NCBI GenBank assembly: GCA_015257795.3
Contig: CP072208.2
Coordinates: forward strand, 570,001-602,000
Direction of reading: 5' to 3'
Length of the DNA: 32,000 nt
From: Candidatus Nanogingivalaceae bacterium
Lineage (GTDB): Bacteria > Patescibacteriota > Saccharimonadia > Saccharimonadales > Saccharimonadaceae
A program made the translations under genes and the position numbers. Below the pieces are notes generated by a model that worked only from the letters and a program-made list of their open reading frames with translations, did no database searches and was not told the DNA's origin. Shown in pieces: positions 22,901 to 31,858 of this stretch (positions within the stretch are counted from its first letter, which is position 1; each line of letters opens with the position of its first letter).

Positions 22901-24799
22901 TTAGTTTTTATATAGTGCATGCGAATTTGCTGCAACACGTTCAAGAAACAAAAGCTGTGCCTGAGAAACGTTTTCAGCTTTACCAGCCCAAGCTTGCAAT
23001 GCAGGCAATTGAAGTGCTCTAGCATAGCTGTATGTAACCCCCCAATCAAAAGGACCAAGATTTGTAATTTCTTGCAAATTATCTGTTGCTTGAGTCGGTG
23101 TTTGACCGCCAGACAAGAATACAACACCCGCTAATTCTTTAGGAACAGAATTTTTCAAGGCCGCAATAGTTTCGCGTGCAACTTCTCTTGAAGATGATTG
23201 AATTTCATTTTCAGAACCAGCAAGAACCATACCCGTTTTTAAGATTGTTCCAGCAAGATCAACTTTAAAGATTTCTAATTCTTTAAACAGACTCTTCAAA
23301 ATCTTTTCAGTAATCTCACGACACTGCTTTATCGTATGGTTTCCTGAATAAACAACTTCTGGCTCTACAATTGGTACAATTCCATATTTTTGACAAGCTT
23401 TCGCATATTGAGCCAAAATTCGTAAATTCGCCTCAATGGCAGCATCGCTCGGAGTTCCTTTTTCTTTATTTATTTCAAAAGCAACTCGCCATTTTGCAAA
23501 GTCAATATTCATTTTTGAATATTTTTCAAGCTTTTGGTCCAAAGAATCTAAACCTACAGAAATAGTCTCGTCCTCAAAACCAGCTAAAGGTCGAAGTCCA
23601 CCATCAAGTTTAACTCCAACTAAAATATCTCGGTTTTTTAGATATTCAACAAAATTAACACCTTCAGAAGTATTTTGTTCAACAGTTTCTTCAAATAGAA
23701 TAATTCCGCTTAAATAATTCTCGATATCTTGAGTTTTAAAGAACATTTCCCTATAAGCTCGGCGATTTTCAAAATTATCTTCAACGCCAATACTTTCAAA
23801 CTTTTTATGGATATTTCCACCAGATTCATCCGCTGCAAAAATTCCTTTTGGTCGAGCGACTAGGCTTGATGCAACTTTATGTAATCTTCCTTTAATATCC
23901 GGCGTATCACTTATGATTTCAACCGGTAATTCATAGTTTTTACGATTTAGGATTTGTTGCGCATAAAAAGGTTTTAGAACATCATTAAAATCTGATTTAT
24001 TCGCAATTGTTAGCGCTAGCCGCAAGCTCTCTTCTAAGTTAGAAGAGTTTGAAAAGTTTTCAGCCACAAAAGCAGCCTGAAAAATATTGCTCTGATAAAA
24101 AGAATTCAATCCAAAATCGGATTCTGCGCTAGCAATTTTTTCTTTATTTCCAACAACTATTTTAGCTCCGTCAAAAATAACTATGCTACGAACACCAACC
24201 TTCAATAAAGATTCAACAACGGTTTGGTAATTGGAGTAATCGATTAAATCGCTTAAATTTTGTTTTCGAAAATCTACAAAAACTAAATTCGCTCGAACAA
24301 AGAGCTCCCTTGATAAGTCTTGATCTAGATCGGCAATGTTATAAACCAGCTCGATTTGTCGGTTTTCAGATAGATATTTTCGAAAATCCATTAAATAAGA
24401 TTCCGAAAAGTTTGTATCCGCGATATAGATTAAGTCTGGTGCATAAGGTGGAGAATTCCATTTTGTTTCGCGTGGATTGCTTGTTAAGATAAAACTCTTA
24501 CCCTTATATGAAACGATAAATCGTTCAACTAAGGAATCGTTAATTTCACTATATTCAAATTGAGATATCCCTTTTGGATTAGCATTCGAAAAAGCCTTGA
24601 AATGAGCAGCGGTAAAAATCTTCTCGCTTAAAATTGTACCACCAAAAATACCAGCTTTCTTTTTATAATTCAAAGTAGAGTCATCAAAAGTTAAATCGTA
24701 ATGAAAATCATTAAGTTCATCTTTGTATATTTTTTGATCTTGAATATCTAGAAAACTGTCTTTTGTTGCATTTCCAATCGATAGAATCGTCGGTTTCAT
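22901..24799 (-). CDS. fusion protein: N-terminal PfkB/ribokinase-like domain (degenerate) plus C-terminal class I fructose-bisphosphate aldolase
   Basis: The C-terminal roughly 320 aa show class I FBA motifs: GIFAADESGG, ILFEETV, VGVKLDGG, IVEPEVV, and LAGTILKTGMV with the Schiff-base Lys. The N-terminal roughly 300 aa start like a PfkB kinase (ILSIGNATKDSFLD, GIFGG) but lack the GAGD catalytic motif. Confidence 0.8.
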   Translation of the reverse strand: MKPTILSIGNATKDSFLDIQDQKIYKDELNDFHYDLTFDDSTLNYKKKAGIFGGTILSEKIFTAAHFKAFSNANPKGISQFEYSEINDSLVERFIVSYKGKSFILTSNPRETKWNSPPYAPDLIYIADTNFSESYLMDFRKYLSENRQIELVYNIADLDQDLSRELFVRANLVFVDFRKQNLSDLIDYSNYQTVVESLLKVGVRSIVIFDGAKIVVGNKEKIASAESDFGLNSFYQSNIFQAAFVAENFSNSSNLEESLRLALTIANKSDFNDVLKPFYAQQILNRKNYELPVEIISDTPDIKGRLHKVASSLVARPKGIFAADESGGNIHKKFESIGVEDNFENRRAYREMFFKTQDIENYLSGIILFEETVEQNTSEGVNFVEYLKNRDILVGVKLDGGLRPLAGFEDETISVGLDSLDQKLEKYSKMNIDFAKWRVAFEINKEKGTPSDAAIEANLRILAQYAKACQKYGIVPIVEPEVVYSGNHTIKQCREITEKILKSLFKELEIFKVDLAGTILKTGMVLAGSENEIQSSSREVARETIAALKNSVPKELAGVVFLSGGQTPTQATDNLQEITNLGPFDWGVTYSYARALQLPALQAWAGKAENVSQAQLLFLERVAANSHALYKN

Positions 24800-24864
24800 T
24801 TCCCACCTTTAAAAATTATTATGCTTTTGTTTAATTATAACAAATTTTTAATACCAACGCAAAT

Positions 24865-26190
24865 CTAAAGATTAAACAAGTCATTTAAACTTTCCGCAAC
24901 AGTTGGGTGTGTAAAGATTTGATCTCGCAAAACTGTATAATCCAGATTGGCATCGATTGCGGTTTTTATAATATTTATCACTTCTGGTGAATTGTAGCAG
25001 AACAAAGCTGCGCCTAAAATTTTATTCGTCTGTACATCAACTACAGATCGCAAAAGTCCTGTTGTCTTAAACTCGAGCTGAAGCTTTGGAACCGCTGCGG
25101 CTGGAATTTCTTTCACTTTAATTTCGAAACCTTCTGCTAGGGCTTGCTTTTCAGTTAACCCAACTTTCGAAAATGGAACCTGCAAGAAAACTGAATTTGG
25201 CAAGTTTTTGCGGCTATTTAAAGAATATTCGCCATTACCATAAAATTGCGAGCGTAAAATTCGAAAATCATCCAAAGAAGCATAAGTGAATTGTTCTTTT
25301 CCGCGCACATCACCAACCGCCCAAACTTTTGGATTTGAAGTTTGAAGTTTTTCGTCCGTCCAAATTCCACCATTTTCAAGCGTTTTAATTCCCGCTTTTT
25401 CAAGATTCAATTTCGAGATTGCAGGTTTTCTTCCAATCGAAACCAACACTTTGTCAAACGCAAAATTTTCGCCATTATTTTTTACTAGAATTCCATTTTC
25501 AGTATTTTCGAAAGCTTCAATATTTGCATTAAATTCAAAATTAACACCTTGCGAAACTAGAAAATCATAAATCGCTTTTCGCATCGAGTCATCTTCATCG
25601 GCTAAGATTTTATCAAACTTCTCAAAAATTGTAACTTTTGTGCCTAATTTTGTGAAGGTTGAAGCAAATTCCAAACCAATAAATCCACCACCAATAATTG
25701 CTAGATTATCAATTTTTTCTTGGTTATCAAGAAGTTCTGTGCTTGTAAAGATTTTTGAATTTTGCAAACCTTCTTCAATTCCTTCAATTTTAGGAATAAA
25801 ACTTTCCGCACCGGTATTAATGATAATTTTATCGGCCGAAAGCTCAAGTTTTTCACCATTCGATTCAACTAAAACCGTGTTCTCATCTAGAAATGAGCCA
25901 AAGCCATCAAAAACCGTAACCAAATCGTTATCAGCCAACATGTGATAGTTTTTTAAGTTTAACCGCTTAACAACATCGCCTTTACGCGAAATCGCTTCTT
26001 CGAAAGTTAAATTCTCGCTTGCCGCAACCGCTAAAGTCTTCGTTGGAATACAAGCAATATTAATGCAAGTTCCACCATACATTTTTGAAGATTTTTCAAC
26101 CAGAGCAATCTTTTCACCTTTATTTGCTGCTAAAACAGCTAGCGTTTTTCCAGCCTTTCCAAAACCAATTATAACTTTATCAAATTTCAT
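24865..26190 (-). CDS. rclA: class I pyridine nucleotide-disulfide oxidoreductase, RclA/YkgC-like
   Basis: 441 aa. The N-terminus VIIGFGKAGKTLA, an intact redox motif GGTCINIACIPTK, and the C-terminal FTHPTVAESLNDLF closely resemble E. coli RclA as I remember it. The family assignment rests on memory, not on a search. Confidence 0.65.
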   Translation of the reverse strand: MKFDKVIIGFGKAGKTLAVLAANKGEKIALVEKSSKMYGGTCINIACIPTKTLAVAASENLTFEEAISRKGDVVKRLNLKNYHMLADNDLVTVFDGFGSFLDENTVLVESNGEKLELSADKIIINTGAESFIPKIEGIEEGLQNSKIFTSTELLDNQEKIDNLAIIGGGFIGLEFASTFTKLGTKVTIFEKFDKILADEDDSMRKAIYDFLVSQGVNFEFNANIEAFENTENGILVKNNGENFAFDKVLVSIGRKPAISKLNLEKAGIKTLENGGIWTDEKLQTSNPKVWAVGDVRGKEQFTYASLDDFRILRSQFYGNGEYSLNSRKNLPNSVFLQVPFSKVGLTEKQALAEGFEIKVKEIPAAAVPKLQLEFKTTGLLRSVVDVQTNKILGAALFCYNSPEVINIIKTAIDANLDYTVLRDQIFTHPTVAESLNDLFNL

Positions 26191-26247
26191 CTTACCTCTT
26201 TTCTCTTTCTATTTTATCATATTCAACTTAGAAAAATCTTAAATTAA

Positions 26248-26276
26248 AAAGAAAAACCCCCCGATTCTTCGGGAGA
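26248..26276 (-). terminator. intrinsic terminator downstream of the phosphatase-GT fusion gene
   Basis: Minus-strand hairpin CTCCCGA-agaa-TCGGGGG (one G.U pair) followed by TTTTTC TTTTT. Confidence 0.6.
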
Positions 26277-26317
26277 TTTTCTTGGCTCCCCTTGATAGGA
26301 ATATTACTAACCAACAA

Positions 26318-27916
26318 CTACTCGGGTACTGTATCAGACAGCCGAAAATCTTCAATTTTAATAGATGAATCTTTTGAAAACATAGATAAATTAGAGTCAT
26401 CTTCATAAGCAGATAGGTATTTTTTATATTCTTTAGAGTCTTGCCAATACACCCCACTTTTCGCCATGTTTTTATATAACGATAATGAATTCGGCAAGAA
26501 TTTATAATGAAATACTACCGATGATATATTTACAAAATTTAACTCTTTCGGAAATACATAATGATCGTTCACAATTAATTCATTTCCAGTGTAATATAGT
26601 AGTGGAACCTTTTGTAGGCTAGACCTTAAACCAAAAATCCTTCCTCTAGGGCCACCGTAAATTCTTAACCCGTAAAAAGGGTTTATTTCAGTTTTATAAG
26701 TGTTCGAATCTACAAATTTCATATCACTTATATTCTTATTTTCGAAAATGGGCTTTTTAGAATATACGTCTACCATAATAGCTTTAACAGATTTACGACC
26801 ATCCTTACTTATAGAGTCAATGTATTCTTCTATCTTTTCATCAACATGGAATAATTCATCGGAATCAACATTCAAATACCATCTATTAATTCCATAAATA
26901 TCTAAAATCTGTTGTCTCCAGCTACAAGCCCTAAAACAATTATAGGTAGCTTCAACATTGTATAAATCCAGTTTAATATCTTTAATATTTTTCGTAATTT
27001 CATTTATCTTTTTTATTGAGTCATCACCAGAATTATTATTTACCAATACGAAATTCTTAACGCCCAATTCGACGTAATGTCTTATCCATTTCTCAAAAAA
27101 TTCTGAAAAATTATTAAATATACAAACTAAAATAATCTCTTTTTTATTTTTATCAATAGGTTTTAAGGTATTTTCAACCTTACTGAGTTTATCATTCAAC
27201 CCTAAAATTAAATACTTAAGTGTTTCATTATTAAATTCTATATTGTTATAGTCTTTAGCGATATTTACATATTTATGTCTGGTTTCGCTATTCTTAATTT
27301 TGTCTGTTTCTTTAAGTCTTTTGCTAACTTCAAAATTCGATATATCACTCAATAAATTATTGTGTTTTTCTAAAAATTGAAAATCAACATCTTTAAAAAC
27401 TTCGAATTTACCTTTTTTCGCATGAGAAGATTTTAACCCTAAGATCCACTTCATAAAGGATATAATCGTTCCATGAGAAACTATTAATACAGTGTTGTTT
27501 TTGAAATTATTCTTTTGGATATCAGTTAAAAAATCGCATAATCTACTTTCAATGCTATATTTACTATCACCATACTGACCAAATCTAATAAAAAAATCCC
27601 CAGCAACTTGCTTTTCTCTAACCTCATCTAATTCGGTAGAGTTTTCTTTTCCGTTAAATTTACCCCAATTTATCTCTCTAATACGGTTATCTATTTCAAC
27701 ATTAAGATTTTGATTATCCGCAACTTCTTTCGCTGTTTGCAGGGTTCTAATTAATGGCGAAGCGTATATCTTATCTATTTTAGGCAATAATTTTACCGAT
27801 TCGATAACTTTCTTTCTACCATTTTCAGTCAATATTGAACATTGTATTTCTTGGCTCGATAAAATTTCACGCGTATTATCCATCGCCTCACCATGTCTCA
27901 TAAATATTAAGTTCAT
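26318..27916 (-). CDS. fusion protein: N-terminal histidine phosphatase (PGM-like) plus C-terminal GT-A fold glycosyltransferase (Glyco_tranf_2_4 / GT92-like)
   Basis: The N-terminus has LIFMRHGEA (RHG), SPLIRTLQTA and VSHGTII. The C-terminal half has ILVCIFNNFSEFFEKWIRHYVELGVKNFVLVNNNSGDDS and a DxD motif (LNVDSDELF). Confidence 0.7.
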   Translation of the reverse strand: MNLIFMRHGEAMDNTREILSSQEIQCSILTENGRKKVIESVKLLPKIDKIYASPLIRTLQTAKEVADNQNLNVEIDNRIREINWGKFNGKENSTELDEVREKQVAGDFFIRFGQYGDSKYSIESRLCDFLTDIQKNNFKNNTVLIVSHGTIISFMKWILGLKSSHAKKGKFEVFKDVDFQFLEKHNNLLSDISNFEVSKRLKETDKIKNSETRHKYVNIAKDYNNIEFNNETLKYLILGLNDKLSKVENTLKPIDKNKKEIILVCIFNNFSEFFEKWIRHYVELGVKNFVLVNNNSGDDSIKKINEITKNIKDIKLDLYNVEATYNCFRACSWRQQILDIYGINRWYLNVDSDELFHVDEKIEEYIDSISKDGRKSVKAIMVDVYSKKPIFENKNISDMKFVDSNTYKTEINPFYGLRIYGGPRGRIFGLRSSLQKVPLLYYTGNELIVNDHYVFPKELNFVNISSVVFHYKFLPNSLSLYKNMAKSGVYWQDSKEYKKYLSAYEDDSNLSMFSKDSSIKIEDFRLSDTVPE

Positions 27917-28087
27917 AATATACCCTCTCTAGTTCTTTAGTTTTTTATCAGACTAGTTATATTTTCTTTATTTATAATATATTAATTAAAAATTTTTTAC
28001 AATATAAAATTAAATAAAAGAAAAAAGGCTCTATTTTAATCTGTTAGAACCTTTTTTACATTATCAAATTATAATAAAAATCAAATT

Positions 28088-28162
28088 TGGCTCCGGCAGC
28101 TGGGCTCGAACCAGCGACCTATTGGTTAACAGCCAACCGCTCTACCACTGAGCTATGCCGGA
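28088..28162 (-). tRNA. tRNA-Asn (anticodon GTT)
   Basis: 75-nt cloverleaf on the minus strand: TCCGGCA/TGCCGGA acceptor, GTTGG-CTGTTAA-CCAAT anticodon arm, GCTGG-TTCGAGC-CCAGC T arm, encoded CCA. The promoter is AAAAAGTCTTGAT-17-TATAAT upstream. Confidence 0.92.
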
Positions 28163-28267
28163 ATAATAGTTATATTATACATGAATATTTTCGAAATATC
28201 AAGACTTTTTTATAATTTTCTAAAAAATAAAATTGACCCGCATTTCTACAGGCCAATTTTCAATATT

Positions 28268-29569
28268 TTATTCAGTTCGAAGAGCTTCGATTGGATTCAT
28301 TTTTGCAGCTTTTCGCGCTGGAAGATATCCCGAAAGAATTGAAATTATCATCAAAACAAGCACCAATAAAATCCAGGCCAACCAATTCGGCTGAAGAAGA
28401 TTTGTATCCACCCCAGCTGTATTTTGTAGTTTTAAGGCATTTTTAATTACTGGGTTTAAGAAAGTTATCCCATAAGCAACAACAATTCCAATAATTCCAC
28501 CAATCAAGCCAATTAATGCTGCCTCGTATCTGAAAAGTTTCGAAACATCACTTTTACGCATTCCAAGTGATTTCATTAAGCCAATTTGCGAAGTTCGCTC
28601 CAAGACTGAAATATATTGAGTATTTATAATTCCAAAAACTGCTGCCAAAAGAGTTAAAAACCCAAATCCAGCAAGTCCAGCCGATATTGCATTAATTCCT
28701 GCTTGAACAATAGCTTTATCATCCGCAAAAGTTGAAACATCATAGTAGCTTCCGCCATTTAAAGCTAAAATATCTTTTTTAATTTCATCAACCGTCCGGC
28801 TTCCATCTGTTGTTACGCTCAAACTATAAAATTGAGGATCCCCTTCATTCTGTTTGGTAGCAATCGCCAAACCATCACTATTTTCTATCCAGAAATTACC
28901 TTTATAGCTAAAAGTTGTCTCTGTTTTTCCAGCATCAACTGCTTGGATTTCGAAAGTTTTTTCAAAAATTTCTCCTTTCGAATCTTTAAATTCCAAGATA
29001 ACTTTTTTACCTATAATATCCTCGGGTTTTTTGCCGCCAAGAACTTCAACATAAGCTTTTGGTGCAACAATTTTACCAGCATCAATTCGGTTATTTTTAT
29101 CAAGCTTTCCAGCCGAAAGCTCCATTTCTTGCTCGTCATTTTTAGTTGCAACACCAACATCATATTTTTCGCCATTTTCTATTCGAACTGTTTCGGCGCT
29201 TACTGGTATTGCTGGTGAAGCCTTTCGAACACCTTTTACTTTCGAAATTTTATTTAGATCTTCTTTGCTGATTATTCGCGATTTTATGCTTTCTTCTGTT
29301 TGAGTTTTTTCAAAATCCTCGCGTGTTGTCGAAATCTTATTCGGTGCATATGGGTCTCGAGCTTTAACAGCACGAATTACTGTTAAGGCTCTTTGGTCAC
29401 CGATTTTATTAGCTAAACTTTCAACATATGCATTTCCACCTTTCGCTGCAGCTATTGCGACCGCCACTGTTGTTGCCCCAACTGCAATCGCAAGGCTTGT
29501 TAAAATTGTTCGTTTCTTTGCTAGACGAAGACTCTTTCCGGCTCGTCTAATAATATCAATCCTACGCAT
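28268..29569 (-). CDS. ABC transporter permease, FtsX/MacB-like
   Basis: An N-terminal TM helix, a large extracytoplasmic domain and a C-terminal FtsX-type 3-TM bundle, ending in ...LPARKAAKMNPIEALR. It overlaps the ATPase gene by 8 nt. Confidence 0.85.
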   Translation of the reverse strand: MRRIDIIRRAGKSLRLAKKRTILTSLAIAVGATTVAVAIAAAKGGNAYVESLANKIGDQRALTVIRAVKARDPYAPNKISTTREDFEKTQTEESIKSRIISKEDLNKISKVKGVRKASPAIPVSAETVRIENGEKYDVGVATKNDEQEMELSAGKLDKNNRIDAGKIVAPKAYVEVLGGKKPEDIIGKKVILEFKDSKGEIFEKTFEIQAVDAGKTETTFSYKGNFWIENSDGLAIATKQNEGDPQFYSLSVTTDGSRTVDEIKKDILALNGGSYYDVSTFADDKAIVQAGINAISAGLAGFGFLTLLAAVFGIINTQYISVLERTSQIGLMKSLGMRKSDVSKLFRYEAALIGLIGGIIGIVVAYGITFLNPVIKNALKLQNTAGVDTNLLQPNWLAWILLVLVLMIISILSGYLPARKAAKMNPIEALRTE

Positions 29570-30248
29570 TTCTTACTCCTTCAATCTGTTCAACTTTTCC
29601 GTCTTTAATTCGAATTCGAATATCACATTTTTCCGCCAATTCTTCATCATGTGTAACAATTAATAGCGTTGCTTTAGAATTCTTATTATATTCGAAAAGC
29701 ATTTTTTCAATCTTAGCGCTTGTGATCGAATCAAGATTTCCAGTCGGTTCATCCGCAAAAATTATTTCTGGCGAATTCGCAATCGCCCGCGCAATCGCCA
29801 AACGCTGTTTTTGCCCACCCGAAAGATCACGAGCTGGTGTTTTAATTTTATCCTCCAAGCCAACTGCTTTTAGGGCATTTTCAATAATCTCTTTTCGCCG
29901 AAAAATTGGCTCTTCGGCAATTTCAAGCGGCAAACTTACATTTTCGAAACAAGTTTCATTGCCTTGCACGAAAAAACTTTGAAAAATAAATCCCATTTTT
30001 TTCGAACGAAATTTATCAATATCTTTCTGCTTCATTGAAAGAATATTCACGCCATCCATTAAAACTTCACCTTCTTCTGGCGCGTCCAAACCGCTCATCG
30101 CGTGAATCAATGTTGATTTTCCGCTTCCCGATTTTCCAATAATCGCCACGCTTGCGCCTTTTGGAATTTTAAAACTTACATTTTTTAAAGCTTGAAAACT
30201 ATTTTTCTTTTTACCGTAAGTTTTTGAAATATTTCGAACTTCAATCAT
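29562..30248 (-). CDS. ABC transporter ATP-binding protein (MacB/LolD-like)
   Basis: Contains Walker A (GKSGSGKST), the Q-loop, the signature LSGGQKQR, Walker B (IIFADEPTGNLD) and the H-loop. Confidence 0.92.
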   Translation of the reverse strand: MIEVRNISKTYGKKKNSFQALKNVSFKIPKGASVAIIGKSGSGKSTLIHAMSGLDAPEEGEVLMDGVNILSMKQKDIDKFRSKKMGFIFQSFFVQGNETCFENVSLPLEIAEEPIFRRKEIIENALKAVGLEDKIKTPARDLSGGQKQRLAIARAIANSPEIIFADEPTGNLDSITSAKIEKMLFEYNKNSKATLLIVTHDEELAEKCDIRIRIKDGKVEQIEGVRNA

Positions 30249-30262
30249 ATCGCTCCTTTTAA

Positions 30263-31849
30263 TTAAAATTGATCCTCATCTGGGTTTTCAAGATACAAAC
30301 ACTGACCTTTTGTGTTTTCATTGAAATCATAACCATTTACTTTAACTTTTTCAGCACGCATTTTTAATCGCGTATTTTTCGAAACCACAGAATTACACTT
30401 ATTTGTTTTAACGTCCGCATTTTCAACCTTGTTCAATTCCAAATTTCCACCATTACTATTTACGCTTAAGTTCTTTGCGTCAATTCCGTTCGCATAAAAA
30501 TTGCTAAATTCGCCCGCGTAAACTTCTAAATTATCAATTTTTGCTGAATTTTCGAAATTAACAGACCCGTTTTTCGAAATGTCCACCTTAATTTTCTCGG
30601 CATTTTTTGCAAAATATTTTACTTGCGAGCTCGATTTCAAATTAATTTCACTTAACTCTGGGCCATAAATATGAACTTCTTCCTGATTTCCGCCATAAAA
30701 ATAACGCGCATTATTTGAAACTTTATTCAAATTTAGTTTTAAAGTTTCGCCATCAAAATTCATTTCAAGATTATCTTTTTCGAAATTAAAATGTGTGAAT
30801 TCAATTTTTGGCTCATCCGCAATATGATAGAAAACCGCCACCGAAGAATCAACTTCTAGCTTTTTAATACTTTTCATTTTTGCAGAATCAATTTTAACTC
30901 GTTCTGAAATTAAACTTTGAGAAACCCTATTATTTACTTTATCGCGCAGCAATGATGCTGAAGTAATAAATCCCATGAGTCCTACAAATGCAATCACAAC
31001 TGAAATAATCGAAACAAAGATGTCAATTTTTGTAATTTTTAGTTTGAAAAGCATTTTTGCGACAAATCCCGTGAGCAAAAGATAAGCAAAACCTAAAATA
31101 TTAGCACTAATAATTACACCTATACCGGCATCTTTAGCATTTGCAAAAGCCGCCGCGCTATAAATTTCTGAAAGCGCTAAATTTCCAAGAATTATTGCTG
31201 TAACTCCGCCCAAAAAGGCCAAAACTGCAAAAATACCAAAAATTATACCAAAAGCTTTAGCAATCTTTAAGTTTCGAAGGTGAATTTTTTCGAAATTATA
31301 TTCTTCATTTACTTCCCGAATAGAATTTGCGGTAATATTTTCGCCACGAAGTCGCAAAATGTCATTCGCATTTTTTGCTGCAGGAATAACCAAAATCGAC
31401 AAAATATAGATCGGAACTATTCCACCAAAAGTCATAAAAAACATTACAATTAACACCAAGCGAACCCAAACTACATCAATGTTTAAGTATTGGGCTAAAC
31501 CGGATGCCACGCCAGAAATCATTCCATTTTTCTCATCACGATAGAGCCTTTTTGAAATTTTCGCCGAAGATTTCTCTTCATTTTTTTCGGTAAAATCTGT
31601 ATCTTGAAAAACTTCTGGTGAACCAATTTGAGCTTCAATTTTCGAAATCTCTTTCTCGGTAATAACTCCACCTTCTTTCACTCCAAGTTCCGCCAAAATC
31701 TCAGTAATCCGAATTTCTACATCTTCAAAAATATCTTTATCGCTTGAATAAATCTTCAAATCTTTTAGGTATTTTTCTAGTTGCTTTTTTGCTGGAATTT
31801 CAATTTCATAAGGAATTTTAGCCAAATGAATTCTTGTAATTTCTTTCAT
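30263..31849 (-). CDS. PspC-domain membrane protein with an N-terminal PadR-associated helical (HAAS/DUF1700-like) region and a C-terminal repetitive beta-rich domain
   Basis: The PspC motif RLYRDEKNGMISGVASGLAQYLNIDVVWVRLVLIV is followed by several TM helices. The C-terminal region has repeated N/K-rich strands, resembling DUF4097/LiaF-like domains. Confidence 0.7.
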   Translation of the reverse strand: MKEITRIHLAKIPYEIEIPAKKQLEKYLKDLKIYSSDKDIFEDVEIRITEILAELGVKEGGVITEKEISKIEAQIGSPEVFQDTDFTEKNEEKSSAKISKRLYRDEKNGMISGVASGLAQYLNIDVVWVRLVLIVMFFMTFGGIVPIYILSILVIPAAKNANDILRLRGENITANSIREVNEEYNFEKIHLRNLKIAKAFGIIFGIFAVLAFLGGVTAIILGNLALSEIYSAAAFANAKDAGIGVIISANILGFAYLLLTGFVAKMLFKLKITKIDIFVSIISVVIAFVGLMGFITSASLLRDKVNNRVSQSLISERVKIDSAKMKSIKKLEVDSSVAVFYHIADEPKIEFTHFNFEKDNLEMNFDGETLKLNLNKVSNNARYFYGGNQEEVHIYGPELSEINLKSSSQVKYFAKNAEKIKVDISKNGSVNFENSAKIDNLEVYAGEFSNFYANGIDAKNLSVNSNGGNLELNKVENADVKTNKCNSVVSKNTRLKMRAEKVKVNGYDFNENTKGQCLYLENPDEDQF

Positions 31850-31858
31850 ATTTCTCCT

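Noticed and set aside
26239-26457. 72-aa minus-strand ORF at the 3' end of the phosphatase-GT gene
   Set aside because: It is in an alternative frame of the 532-aa gene and extends through that gene's terminator hairpin. It is most likely spurious.
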